Source: Candidatus Parcubacteria bacterium
GTDB taxonomy: Bacteria; Patescibacteriota; Minisyncoccia; UBA6257; HR35
Length of the DNA stretch: 64,000 bases
Assembly: GCA_025999335.1 (NCBI GenBank)
Contig: AP024681.1
Coordinates: 615,610-679,609, forward strand
Direction: 5' to 3'
In this document: positions 9,590-19,781 of the stretch, piece by piece
Layout of the letters: every line of letters starts with the position of its first letter
How positions within the stretch are numbered: the stretch's first letter is position 1
Notes under the pieces: model-generated
Told to the model about the DNA's origin: nothing
Database searches by the model: none
The model's input: only the letters and a program-made list of their open reading frames with translations
Position numbers and translations under genes: made by a program

Positions 9590-10595
9590 CGCTATGACGA
9601 GGAGTGAATTTTTCTTCTATATCCATATAACCAAAACAGAAATGAAACTGAGGAAGCCAGTCGGTTTCAAATATTTCAGCTACTTCTTTAGCTAACCCCA
9701 TTTCTATAGCTGAAACAAAAATAGACGATTCTAAATTATTAGCTGCTAAAAACACCATTATTCTCTCGGCTAATTGACCAACTTTACACCAAATCAGAGG
9801 TGAATTTTCTTTGGAACTAATAAGACAAGAAACTGGCGCAGACTTAACGCTTAAATAATTTAATTTACCTAATTTTTTGCCTAAATCTAGATACTTGATC
9901 ATAAAAGGAAAAACAAAAGATAGCAAAAGGGGCATTTTTAAAGCATATCCCGGGATGCCTTCTTTTTTTCGTGATAAACTATTATTAATCCAACGAGACA
10001 TCTCTTGTCTGAAATTTTTATTGCGATAGGCAATTTCTAAACCTTTAGCAATTAATTCCGCCATTTTTTCAATTTTTGTTTTTTCAGTTAGAAGATTTAT
10101 CTCTAGAGACTCATCTTGGTTAAGAGTTTTGATTTTATTCAAAAGTTCTGACGGCACATTATCCGGTTTAAACATTCCTCGAGCATTTAATCTTTTTTTA
10201 ATTCCTAAGAGCCATTCTTTAAGCTCTTCGTTCGGGATTGGTTTTTTGTCGAGATCTTTAAAATAAACCCGCGCTATCAAGTTATTCTCAAAAATATATT
10301 CTGTTTTTTCATAAACATTAAAATATTTACTGGCTAAAATTAAGTTTTCTAAGGCGCAACCGATACTAATATATAAATCGCGGTTTAGAGGATCAGCATA
10401 AGGAAGCGCAAGATTATTATTTTTATAGATTTCACAGAAAGAAGGACTGATTTTAAATAACCAAGGTTGAGAATTATGAGTTGAAGGCGCAATTACAGCA
10501 TAGTTCAGTAAAAATTTAATCTTTTCGTCAAAATTTCTAAACTTATAAAAATCTTCTTCGTTAATTGTCCTTAGATCTTTCATTTTATTGCCCAT
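9549..10595 (-). CDS. Nitroreductase-family protein (long form, 348 aa)
   Basis: 'APSTHNSQPW' FMN-nitroreductase signature near the N-terminus; not the SagB 'PSAGxxYP' type. Confidence 0.55.
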   Translation of the reverse strand: MGNKMKDLRTINEEDFYKFRNFDEKIKFLLNYAVIAPSTHNSQPWLFKISPSFCEIYKNNNLALPYADPLNRDLYISIGCALENLILASKYFNVYEKTEYIFENNLIARVYFKDLDKKPIPNEELKEWLLGIKKRLNARGMFKPDNVPSELLNKIKTLNQDESLEINLLTEKTKIEKMAELIAKGLEIAYRNKNFRQEMSRWINNSLSRKKEGIPGYALKMPLLLSFVFPFMIKYLDLGKKLGKLNYLSVKSAPVSCLISSKENSPLIWCKVGQLAERIMVFLAANNLESSIFVSAIEMGLAKEVAEIFETDWLPQFHFCFGYMDIEEKFTPRHSVEEKIINDQNKYK

Positions 10596-12112
10596 TTTTG
10601 TTTAATTCCTGGTTTAAAATATTGGGGATATTCATAATGATGTAAAAATATTTTAGGCTCTAATTGCTTTTTATATATTGATGTTGCATTATAATAAAGG
10701 TGGTAATACTCTGCAGAATAGGTTGATAGAAAATTGATAATTGCTTTTTTAGCAAGATTCTCTATTTGATTGCTGGGCTTGATATTTTTTTTAAGTTCTA
10801 TATGGACATATAATTTTTGGTTCATATTTTTGTCATAAACAACTTGCATTGAGAATTTACCCGTAAAGTATTTTTGTAACTCTTTGTTTAATAATGCCCT
10901 TTTTATATATTCAGGATATAAATTAATACCTACTAAACTTACAGCAAAATCAGATCTTTCATAAACATAAACGAAGGGAAGCTTTAAAATTTTGTCTTTT
11001 ATTTTAAATTTTTCTGCTTCTTTAAATATATCAACACCTACCTCTTTTAGTCTTTTAATCATTTCATCAAAGTAAATAACTTCACCTCGATCAGGAAAAC
11101 TATATCTTATAAGAGGTATTGAGTCTCCGTAGCCAGATGCTAAAATTAAACCATCTTTTTCTTCAAACCAAACAATATAAGGATGGTATTGGGCTAGGGT
11201 AGGAGTTCTATTAGCTTCACGAAATACATTTTTAAAAACTTTATCTTTTTCTATAGCGATATGCCTTATAAGATTAGAAAGAGCTGTTTCATGAGCCATA
11301 GCATGTAATTCTATGCTGCCATAAATATTGACATTATCATTAAACATATTTTTAAGATGAAAAATTTTAGCAAAATATACTCTGAGTTCTTCAGGGAATC
11401 CCTCAGCGGCATTAATTATTCTAAATTGTTTTACTTGTTTTAAGTGATTTTTAAACTCATTTAATTCATCCGCGATATCTTTAATAAATGGCGGATAGCC
11501 TATCAATATAACTTGATCAAAATATTTGTAGAATTTGAGAAAGGATTTTATAAACGCTTCTTTATTAACGCCTACAGGAATAATTGTTATTTTATAATTT
11601 TTTTGAGATAAAAATTCAAAAGTTTTATAATTAATAATACCTCCGATCCATATTCCTAAACCAAAACCTATAATAACTAGCGAACTTTTTTTATCTATTT
11701 CGAATTGGTTTTTTAAAATTAATTCGAGAGTATATATATGCTGCAAGTCGTGTTGTTGATTTCTAGGGAAGTAAAATGGTTCTCCAGTAGAACCTGAAGT
11801 AGCTGAAATTGTTGTTGAAGAAATGATGTTTTTATTTGGAAATAAATCAAGATAGTTATATTTTCTTAAGTAGTTTTCTTTGTTCATAATGGGAAGTTTT
11901 TCGAGATCTTTCGAGCCATTTATATCTTTATAATTTATACCGTTATCAAGTAAAAATTTTCTATAAGCAGGCACATGGTTTATTGTAAATTTGATTAAGG
12001 TATTTAAGTTTTCCTTTCCTAGTTTTACCCAATAATCAGGATTTTTTGTTTTAAGATCTCTTAACCGTTCATTTATGTTAGTTGGGTAAGAGAAATAATT
12101 AAAGTCTTTCAT
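10580..12112 (-). CDS. Adenylate-forming enzyme, phenylacetate-CoA ligase / coenzyme F390 synthetase-like (PaaK/CapK family)
   Basis: AMP-binding P-loop-like 'SATSGSTGEPFYFPR' and overall size; 16-nt overlap with the downstream gene suggests an operon. Confidence 0.5.
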   Translation of the reverse strand: MKDFNYFSYPTNINERLRDLKTKNPDYWVKLGKENLNTLIKFTINHVPAYRKFLLDNGINYKDINGSKDLEKLPIMNKENYLRKYNYLDLFPNKNIISSTTISATSGSTGEPFYFPRNQQHDLQHIYTLELILKNQFEIDKKSSLVIIGFGLGIWIGGIINYKTFEFLSQKNYKITIIPVGVNKEAFIKSFLKFYKYFDQVILIGYPPFIKDIADELNEFKNHLKQVKQFRIINAAEGFPEELRVYFAKIFHLKNMFNDNVNIYGSIELHAMAHETALSNLIRHIAIEKDKVFKNVFREANRTPTLAQYHPYIVWFEEKDGLILASGYGDSIPLIRYSFPDRGEVIYFDEMIKRLKEVGVDIFKEAEKFKIKDKILKLPFVYVYERSDFAVSLVGINLYPEYIKRALLNKELQKYFTGKFSMQVVYDKNMNQKLYVHIELKKNIKPSNQIENLAKKAIINFLSTYSAEYYHLYYNATSIYKKQLEPKIFLHHYEYPQYFKPGIKQKWAIK

Positions 12113-12127
12113 TGCTTAAAATTTTCT

Positions 12128-12508
12128 TTAGTGACTCTGGGCATTTGTTCTTAATTTTTGGTAAAGTATTTTGCCACAATTCTTCTTTAATGAACTATTT
12201 ATATTTTTTATACAATCAGGCTTTCGAAAATTTTTTTCTTTGCCAACGAGATCACGTAAAACTGTGATTTTGAAAAATGAATTTCCTTTTAGAGAATGGT
12301 GATGAACTAATGTATTTGGAATCTGATACCTTGCTTTTACTTTATAATCTGTTTCTTGTAAAGATATTTTTTCAGCAGCTTCTTCTCGTGTTTCGCTTTT
12401 TATTTGATAATCAGTGACTATAATACCTATTCCGGTGGGATAATAGTTTATACTGAAAAGTTCTAAAAAATCTTTATTATCTATGTTTTTTATTTTATCA
12501 AGAGGCAT
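12128..12508 (-). CDS. Hypothetical protein
   Basis: ORF only; no recognisable motif. Confidence 0.3.
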   Translation of the reverse strand: MPLDKIKNIDNKDFLELFSINYYPTGIGIIVTDYQIKSETREEAAEKISLQETDYKVKARYQIPNTLVHHHSLKGNSFFKITVLRDLVGKEKNFRKPDCIKNINSSLKKNCGKILYQKLRTNAQSH

Positions 12509-12608
12509 ATTTATACTAAATTTTAAATCAAAATTTTGGAATTGTCAAGTTTAAAAGCAAGCAATTTAGCCTTTTTTAGAATTTTATAACTTAAATTATT
12601 TTAGAATT

Positions 12609-13481
12609 TCAACTCATTATTCTAATTAAAATTTCTCCTAAGTAAATAAAAATTAGCCAATAAACAAATTCTCCGCTTCCTAAAACAAAACCTAAATAAT
12701 TACCTTTTTTAGTTAATTGAAAATAATAAGAACTCCAAAGTGGCAATAAGATGATAGGCATTGAAAGCAGTAATAATTCATTAGAGATATAAGTAAGAAA
12801 ATACAATAAATAAATAATGCTCAAAAAGTTTATTATATTTATAATAGAATAAACCTCATCTTTTCCACGTAATATGCATAAAGTTAAAAAGCCTAATTTT
12901 TTATCTCCTTCAAAATCTTTGATGTCTAAGAAAAATTGCATCATTAAAGCTCGGATAAAAGTGAAAAGAAAGATTATACTTAAAATTTTTGCCATAGTAT
13001 TATTAATAGCCACTGAATAATAAATTATAGGTAGTAAAACAAGAAGAGCAAAAACAGAAGCTACATAAAAATTTTTAAATAAAGGTATTTTCTTTGTTAA
13101 TTTTTTAAAATATATAGGATAAAGAAAACCAAAGAGTACTATTAAAATAACAAACAGTATACTTTGTTTATTGCTAAAGTAAAGTAATAAAGTTAATAAA
13201 GCAAATAAGCCAATAATTAAAATAAAAGGAATGTATTTGTAAATGATTTTTAAATGTTGACTTCTTGTTTGATTGGTTAAAGAATCGATGTCGATATTTT
13301 GATATCTATCATGAAGATAGATTAAATAAAACGCAATATATACAATTAATAAAATATCCCAGGTAATTTTGATTTTTAGTAAAATGCTTGAGAAGATTAT
13401 GATTGACAAGGAACCAAGAGTTTGAAAATGACCGTTATATAAAAATTCGTTTATTATAAATTTAAAAAATTTTTTAATCAT
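12609..13481 (-). CDS. UbiA-family aromatic/polyprenyl prenyltransferase (integral membrane)
   Basis: Eight or more TM helices; Asp-rich motifs 'YLHDRYQNIDID' and 'FLDIKDFEGDKKLG' (DxxDxxxD). Confidence 0.5.
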   Translation of the reverse strand: MIKKFFKFIINEFLYNGHFQTLGSLSIIIFSSILLKIKITWDILLIVYIAFYLIYLHDRYQNIDIDSLTNQTRSQHLKIIYKYIPFILIIGLFALLTLLLYFSNKQSILFVILIVLFGFLYPIYFKKLTKKIPLFKNFYVASVFALLVLLPIIYYSVAINNTMAKILSIIFLFTFIRALMMQFFLDIKDFEGDKKLGFLTLCILRGKDEVYSIINIINFLSIIYLLYFLTYISNELLLLSMPIILLPLWSSYYFQLTKKGNYLGFVLGSGEFVYWLIFIYLGEILIRIMS

Positions 13482-13483
13482 TA

Positions 13484-14527
13484 TTAAATTCTTTTAGTTA
13501 AAGATAATATAAATTTTTTAAATTCTTCTTTAGTTGAATTTTGCGGAAGAATGTTTTCTATGTTTTGCCATGCTTTATCAATTAGTTTATTTGCAAATTT
13601 TAAAGATTCTTCAATAGCTCCAGATTTGTTTATTAATTCAATTGCTTCAGAAATCAATTTTTTGTCTCTTGTGTGTATTTTTAGAATTTGAATTAGTCGT
13701 TTAGATTTTGCGGATGTTAATTTTTTTAGAGCTAATATTACCGGAAAACTAATTTTTCCTTCAGTTATATCATTTCCAAAAGTTTTACCTAAATTTTTAT
13801 TATCTATTAAATCTAAAACATCATCTTTAATTTGAAAAGCAATAGCTATCAACTCGCCAAAATGCGATAATTGTCTTTCTGTATTTTTATTTTTTTGCGC
13901 TAAAGCACAAGCTATTCTTAGAGGCATCTTTACTAATCCACCTGTTTTCAATCGGCACATTTCCATATATTGACTTATATTAATATTTTGAGGGAATTTT
14001 TTATGCCAATAAATGTCAATTGTTTGACCAAAATGAACATTTATTATTTCTTCAATGTAAATTGAAGAAATTTTTTGTAATTGTTTTGAAGGCAAGTTGC
14101 TTTTCAATAAAATTTTCAAAGGAATAAAATGTAATAGTATTCCTGTATTAAGAGCTGTATCTAAACCAAATTTTATATGACATGTGAGTTCATTTCTCCT
14201 TAATAAAGAGTTATCTTCAATATCATCAATAATTAAAGTTGCATTATGAGCAATTTCAATTGCAGCTGCAATATTTAGATATTTTTTATAATTTTTGCCA
14301 AATAACTTAACTGTTAATAAAAATAAAATCGGTCTCCATCTTTTGCCACCTCTAAATAAAAAATCACGCGCAGGTTCATTGAAATTTTTATTTAAAGCAT
14401 TTAAATCAAAATTAAATTTTATTTTGTTAATAAAATATTTAATTTTTTGCTGATTTAATCGTTGTGGTAGATAAAAATCAATTTTTCTTTTGATATTTTC
14501 TATTATTTTTATTGAATTTTTATTCAT
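13484..14527 (-). CDS. trans-Isoprenyl diphosphate synthase (polyprenyl synthetase family)
   Basis: First DDxxD 'LIIDDIEDNSLLRR'; second 'FQIKDDVLD'; 'GK..G.D..EGK' motif. Confidence 0.8.
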   Translation of the reverse strand: MNKNSIKIIENIKRKIDFYLPQRLNQQKIKYFINKIKFNFDLNALNKNFNEPARDFLFRGGKRWRPILFLLTVKLFGKNYKKYLNIAAAIEIAHNATLIIDDIEDNSLLRRNELTCHIKFGLDTALNTGILLHFIPLKILLKSNLPSKQLQKISSIYIEEIINVHFGQTIDIYWHKKFPQNINISQYMEMCRLKTGGLVKMPLRIACALAQKNKNTERQLSHFGELIAIAFQIKDDVLDLIDNKNLGKTFGNDITEGKISFPVILALKKLTSAKSKRLIQILKIHTRDKKLISEAIELINKSGAIEESLKFANKLIDKAWQNIENILPQNSTKEEFKKFILSLTKRI

Positions 14528-14534
14528 TTATTTT

Positions 14535-14978
14535 TTATTCGCCAATTATATGGAATTGAATTTTTCTTTGACGTGCTCTATCTAATTCAAGGAAAAAAAT
14601 CTGTTGCCATTGTCCTAACTGTATTTTGCCTTTAATTATATTTAAAACAACACTTGTTGGTAAAAGTATAGCTTTACAATGCGCATGACCGTTGGCACAT
14701 TCATCTTCGCATAAATTAACTGTTCTTATGGTAAAATCATCGTGTTGGTATTTACAGTTTTTAGGTATGAGCCTTGATAGATGTTTTTTTATGTCGTTTA
14801 AAAGTAATGGTTCATTTTCATTTATTAAGATAGAAGCTGTCGTATGTAATGATTGAATGTTCATAATCCCATTTTTGATTTTACTTTCTTTGACAAATTT
14901 TTTTATCTCTTCGGTAATATTAATAAATTGGAATTCTTTTTCTGTTTGAATGGTAATTGTTTTAGTTTTGATTTTCAT
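14535..14978 (-). CDS. YjbQ/UPF0047 family protein (secondary thiamine-phosphate synthase-like)
   Basis: 'HTTASILINENEP', 'NGHAHCKAILL', 'GQWQQIFFLELD' are YjbQ family hallmarks. Confidence 0.6.
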   Translation of the reverse strand: MKIKTKTITIQTEKEFQFINITEEIKKFVKESKIKNGIMNIQSLHTTASILINENEPLLLNDIKKHLSRLIPKNCKYQHDDFTIRTVNLCEDECANGHAHCKAILLPTSVVLNIIKGKIQLGQWQQIFFLELDRARQRKIQFHIIGE

Positions 14979-15426
14979 ATTTTTGAAAATATTTTTTAAA
15001 TTTTTCTATTTCTATTTTAAACCATGGAGTATATTTATTAGGATGAGCTGAAATATCTTTTTTTAATTCTTTTAAAGAAATCCATTTATAATCAGCGATT
15101 TCTTTGCGATCAGGTTTTATTTTGCCATTATATTCTCCAATTAATACCGTGCATATTTCTTTTTCTACGCCTATGTCATTAAACGAAGCTTTATAATAAA
15201 ATGTGCCTATTTTTTTTAGAGCACAGGTAAACCCCAACTCTTCCATTAATCTTTTCTCTCCTAATTTTTTTATGTTTTTATTATTTTTTGTTGGATGACT
15301 ACAACAACTATTACTCCAATAAAGTGGCCACAATAGTTTATACTTACTGCGTTTTTGAATTAATAATTGTTTCTGTTTATTGAAAATGAATATTGAAAAA
15401 GCTCGATGTAAAAATCCATTGCCCAA
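14962..15426 (-). CDS. idi: Isopentenyl-diphosphate delta-isomerase, type 1 (Nudix fold)
   Basis: 'HRAFSIFIFNKQKQLLIQKRS..K..WPLYWSNSCCSHP' matches the IDI-1 active-site region (NTCCSHP). Confidence 0.65.
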   Translation of the reverse strand: MGNGFLHRAFSIFIFNKQKQLLIQKRSKYKLLWPLYWSNSCCSHPTKNNKNIKKLGEKRLMEELGFTCALKKIGTFYYKASFNDIGVEKEICTVLIGEYNGKIKPDRKEIADYKWISLKELKKDISAHPNKYTPWFKIEIEKFKKYFQKYENQN

Positions 15427-16237
15427 ATGGCATTCTAATTTATTCTTGTAGCTTAAAATTTTATTTCTTCTATTAACAACTATTAAAAGAGGATTATCTT
15501 TGTTGAGATTTTGAGTTTTTATTAAATTATATTATATTTAAATGTTTTATTAACTTTTTTATTGTCTATTTTTTTCTTAGTTGTTGTATAAAAAGACATT
15601 TTTAAAAATTATAATTGCTATTTTTTATTGAAGAATATAGTATGCTTTATAATATTAATAATTATTATATCATAATATTTATTATATTTATATATATTTC
15701 TCTAAATTTTCTGATTTTATAAAATATACTTTTTCTTTTTATTATTAACCTTATTCGTTTTTATAATTTATACATAGATTTAACAATATACATAAAAAAT
15801 ACACAAAAACAAAAACCCTCTAGATAAAAAAATTCTTTTTGTTTTTTGTCGCAGTAAGAATGCTTCAAAAGATAATTATTACATTCCTGGTTCTGAATGG
15901 GGTTCGGTATTAATATTTGATACTGAAACTAAAGAAATGTTAGATGCAATCATTGATAGAAATCAACCAACAGTTCTTGATGTTTCAGATAATGAAAAAT
16001 ATTTAACTTTTTCTAATTTTCTTGATAATAATTTAGAAATTTTTGAAATGTCTTCTTATGAAGAATTAAAAAGGTATAGGGGTAGAAGTAATATATGCAA
16101 AAGTCAATAACAAAATAACAATAAAGTTTTACTTTGTGATGCATATAACTTTTGTGTATATGCATTAAATAATGCTTGACAAATTTATTTTTTTAAGTAT
16201 AATTTAGAATAGAACTTTTTTAAAAGAGGAGGCGTTG

Positions 16238-16372
16238 ATGAAAAGGTGGCTGATTAGAAAAAAAAGATGGAAAGAAAAGATGAGGAGAGATATGAGAAGA
16301 GAGATAGGGGAGACATTGGATGAAAAGGTAAAAGGAAATAAAGAAACAAATAAACAAAAAAATGGGGAGTAA
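16238..16372 (+). CDS. Candidate 44-aa highly basic small protein (not in the ORF track)
   Basis: ATG at 16238 preceded by AGGAGG (16227-16232); translation MKRWLIRKKRWKEKMRRDMRREIGETLDEKVKGNKETNKQKNGE; stop overlaps a perfect 10-bp-stem hairpin terminator. Confidence 0.25.
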   Translation: MKRWLIRKKRWKEKMRRDMRREIGETLDEKVKGNKETNKQKNGE

Positions 16373-16396
16373 ATTTTACTCCCCTTTTTCTTTTTT
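16364..16396. terminator. Bidirectional rho-independent terminator
   Basis: Perfect hairpin GGGGAGTAAA-tt-TTTACTCCCC followed by TTTTTCTTTTTT on the + strand and a T-run on the - strand (3' of the MFS gene). Confidence 0.5.
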
Positions 16397-16405
16397 ATTA
16401 AACAT

Positions 16406-17617
16406 TTAATCTTCAACTTTCAAAAAAGGTATGAAAATCAGAATTGCTAAACTAGTAATGCCGGAGACAATAATTAAAGGAGCTAAACCAATTTTCGCGA
16501 ACAACCAACCACCTAAAGCTTCTGACGCCATTAAACCGACATTCATAACTGAAGTGACAAAAGCAAAAACGCTGCCCGCTAATTTAGGATCAGTTTTTTG
16601 AGCGGCGAAAGTAAGCATAGTTAAGAAGAAAATCATACCCAAAGTGCTAAAAATTAAACTATCAATAATTGCTAAAATTTTTGCTAAGTATAAATTATTT
16701 TTTATAAAATCGGTTAAATAAATTAATGACCAAAAAGTAAAAACGCCACCAAGTAAAACAGACCAGAATAATAGTTTTTTAAATTTAATATATTTTGTTA
16801 AATAATTAAAGCTTATTGCTCCTAAAGCTGAACCAATAGCGCTTAACGAAGATAAAGTGCCAAGAAATATTTTTGAAAATTTCAGAACATCAACTTGATA
16901 ATAAAACATCGGTGCTCCAATAGAAGGCGAAAATCTCCATAAAAACAAAAATAAATTAACCAACAGAAATTCTTTTGTCAAAACTGCGCTTTTGAAATTT
17001 TCTTTAAATTCTTTAAATCTAAGCACTGGCTCTTCTTCGGTTTTTCTTAAAAGTATTAAAACAATTAAAGCTATAATTAAAGGAAAAAAAATTGCTATCC
17101 CAAAAGTTGTTTGAGCTCTTAGATTTTCTGCAGCTAAACCACCAGCAAAACCGGTGATTATTTGGGCAATTGAGACTGCCAACCATTGAATTGATTGAAA
17201 TTCAGTCAGCTTTTTTTCTTTTTTGCCAATTTCAATCATTAAAGCATCAGTAACTACATCTTGAAAGGCATAGGCAAAAGATGAAATTGTTAAAATCATT
17301 AAAAGTAACCAAACTGAATAATTTTGAGTTAAAGATAAACCAAACCAACAGAAAGCAGCTAATAAACTTGTTAAAACTAAATAGCTTTTTCTTTTACTGC
17401 CAAAAATTGGGAGTAAATCAGAAATTAATCCCCATAAAGGTTTTATTGCCCAACCTAAAATTGTAATCGCACTAAAATAAGCAAGTTGGGTTGCTGTAAG
17501 TTTTAAAGTTTCTTTTAATAAAAAATTTAAAGTTAAATTCGGAAGCGACGAAAGACCATTCGGTGAAAAGAAATAAACTAAAGCAAAAATAATTAAGTAC
17601 TTAAATCTCTGGAGCAT
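16406..17617 (-). CDS. MFS-type transporter (12 TM; possibly folate-biopterin/BT1-like)
   Basis: 403 aa, about 12 hydrophobic helices with a central loop. Confidence 0.45.
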   Translation of the reverse strand: MLQRFKYLIIFALVYFFSPNGLSSLPNLTLNFLLKETLKLTATQLAYFSAITILGWAIKPLWGLISDLLPIFGSKRKSYLVLTSLLAAFCWFGLSLTQNYSVWLLLMILTISSFAYAFQDVVTDALMIEIGKKEKKLTEFQSIQWLAVSIAQIITGFAGGLAAENLRAQTTFGIAIFFPLIIALIVLILLRKTEEEPVLRFKEFKENFKSAVLTKEFLLVNLFLFLWRFSPSIGAPMFYYQVDVLKFSKIFLGTLSSLSAIGSALGAISFNYLTKYIKFKKLLFWSVLLGGVFTFWSLIYLTDFIKNNLYLAKILAIIDSLIFSTLGMIFFLTMLTFAAQKTDPKLAGSVFAFVTSVMNVGLMASEALGGWLFAKIGLAPLIIVSGITSLAILIFIPFLKVED

Positions 17618-17725
17618 TATTTATAATTATATCTTATAAAAATCAAAAATTTTTCTTAAAAACAACCAAAGGTATAATAATAAAAGATTAAGTTTTAGAG
17701 AAAAAGTTAGCGAAATTTACTTTCA

Positions 17726-18280
17726 ATGGTAGAACAACAAAATACTACCAAATTAATAGTTTTACTTATATTTCGATTTCTTATAAGTTATATTAAGAGT
17801 TTTTTCCTTACTGGTTCTGTTGTTTTTTCTGTGGGAATATTGTTATTTATTATATTGAATATTAACCAAAATTTTTCTTTTGGATTCCTTAAATACTTTT
17901 CTTTTGTTAACCCTCTTTTTAAAGAAGAGAGTTTTTCTATGGGCATCAAAGAAATAATGCAACTTTTTTTATTTATATCATTTATTTTTATGATAATTAT
18001 AGGAGTATTTAAAGTAATTATGAAAAAGATGTTTAAAATGGATATAGATCTATTATTTAGTTTTAAATCAAGATTAATTGTAATTTTATCCTTTATCACT
18101 GTTTTTTATATTATTTCTTTTTTTATTGTCGCGTTGAATGAAAATTTAGATAAAAAAGGATTTTATATTGTGTTTATTATTTTTTATATTATAAATTTAT
18201 TCTGTACTTTATTTTATTTTCTTTTTGATTTCATTTCGAAAAAAATTAAAATACAAGAACAAAACTCTTTATTTCTATAA
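17726..18280 (+). CDS. Hypothetical multi-pass membrane protein
   Basis: Hydrophobic helices; no motif. Confidence 0.3.
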   Translation: MVEQQNTTKLIVLLIFRFLISYIKSFFLTGSVVFSVGILLFIILNINQNFSFGFLKYFSFVNPLFKEESFSMGIKEIMQLFLFISFIFMIIIGVFKVIMKKMFKMDIDLLFSFKSRLIVILSFITVFYIISFFIVALNENLDKKGFYIVFIIFYIINLFCTLFYFLFDFISKKIKIQEQNSLFL

Positions 18281-18455
18281 AGTAAGAAAAAAGAATCTGG
18301 TTTTTTATTTGTTGTATAATAAAGTTAATATTGACTAAATAAAAGGTAGATTTATTTAAAAAAAATAATAGTTTTACGCTTTGCTAAAGGAATTAAAATA
18401 TGTTGTGATTAATAATAAAATGTTGTCGTTAAATATCTTAAAATAAAATAAATAA

Positions 18456-19781
18456 ATGGATTTTGAATCAAAAGAACCAGCCAAAGTACCAAAAACTACA
18501 TCTGAATCAGAAAATAAAGTTAATAATAGATATTTAATTATTTCTGAATATTTACACAGGTTAAAAAAAGAAGATCCCCTTAAGGTTTTGCCTTTTATTT
18601 TAAAAGAGGTTAGAGAAGAAATTCCGCCAGTTGAGATTAATACAGACAATAAAAATATTATTTTTTCACCAGAAGATGAAATTATAAAACTTAGAAGATT
18701 AGGAAAAGAAGAACGGAAAAAAGCTTTATTAAAATTTAAAGAAAATCTTGTTCGACAACGTGAAGCATGGGCTATGTGTCGTATTTTTATCGAAAGAGTA
18801 TTATTGTATAACCAAGATATTGCCAAAGAAAAATTAATGAAGATTGTGGAAGAATTTAGACGGTATTATCTTTTTACTGATAAACAAGTTCAATTAGTTG
18901 AAAAAATTTTAGATAGGTATTACAAAGCTCGTCAGCAAGCAAGGATATTATATGAAAAATTTAAAAACGATCCTATTGAATTAGTAAGACAAATTACGGG
19001 ATTAAAGTTAGATAGAGATGTAAATGTTTATTTTTCTTTAATGTCTTTGTGGATTGAAACAAATGCCTTTAATGCAGGTAGGTTGTTTGAGCAGTCTCTT
19101 GAACCGATAAGATATAATAAATTGCCCTCCGCAGGATTCGCTTCGCGTACTGAAGATGAAAACCCTGTATATTATATTGTTATTAATAACGAAGAAGTTA
19201 ATTTATTTGAATCTTCAGGCATTGTTTTATCATATCATGAGTTAGAGCATATAAAAAATATGTTTTTTATGGCGATATTTGAAGCTCCTCCACCGGAATT
19301 ACAAAGTTTTAATGATTATATTAATGAACAAGATCAAGAGAAGAAAGAAATAATTCTTCAAGATATTTTTAGTATGCATAGAGAATACGCTTTGGAAAGA
19401 GCAAAAGATGAAATTCTTGCTTATTTTAGACAATTTAGTTTATTAAAAGATACAATAACTTATGAAGATACAAAATGGATTTTAAATAATTTTCTTGATA
19501 ATAATCAAAATCCTTATTATGATTATTTATCTGATTTGCGTGATAATCCAAAATTCAAAGAAGATAATTTATATCAAAATTTAGCAAAAAAAATGCTTGT
19601 AGATGAATATGTAGATATTATTAAAAAAGCTTTAGATGCAGCAGTTAAATTATCAAGAGAAGGACATTATTTATACGAACAGTGCATTGCTCTTTTAGCT
19701 GATAGACCTTTGGTGACTTGGCAAAAAACTGTCCGTAGATTATTAGAGCAAAAGTTTAAAAGAAGTTTAGATCATTCATAA
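18456..19781 (+). CDS. Hypothetical protein (441 aa, charged, helical)
   Basis: Long ORF with coding-like composition; no motif recognised. Confidence 0.4.
   Translation: MDFESKEPAKVPKTTSESENKVNNRYLIISEYLHRLKKEDPLKVLPFILKEVREEIPPVEINTDNKNIIFSPEDEIIKLRRLGKEERKKALLKFKENLVRQREAWAMCRIFIERVLLYNQDIAKEKLMKIVEEFRRYYLFTDKQVQLVEKILDRYYKARQQARILYEKFKNDPIELVRQITGLKLDRDVNVYFSLMSLWIETNAFNAGRLFEQSLEPIRYNKLPSAGFASRTEDENPVYYIVINNEEVNLFESSGIVLSYHELEHIKNMFFMAIFEAPPPELQSFNDYINEQDQEKKEIILQDIFSMHREYALERAKDEILAYFRQFSLLKDTITYEDTKWILNNFLDNNQNPYYDYLSDLRDNPKFKEDNLYQNLAKKMLVDEYVDIIKKALDAAVKLSREGHYLYEQCIALLADRPLVTWQKTVRRLLEQKFKRSLDHS

Noticed and set aside
16204-16416. 70-aa - strand ORF
   Set aside because: Overlaps the bidirectional terminator and the SD-led + strand small ORF, and is a low-complexity Leu/Phe/Ser frame.
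17281-18099. ORFs 17281..17466 (+) and 17788..18099 (-)
   Set aside because: Both are embedded antisense in longer membrane-protein genes and are typical AT-rich shadow frames.
18374-18826. 150-aa - strand ORF overlapping the start of 18456..19781
   Set aside because: Its composition (Ser/Phe/Leu-rich from antisense A/T runs) and its overlap with a longer coding-like + gene argue it is spurious.
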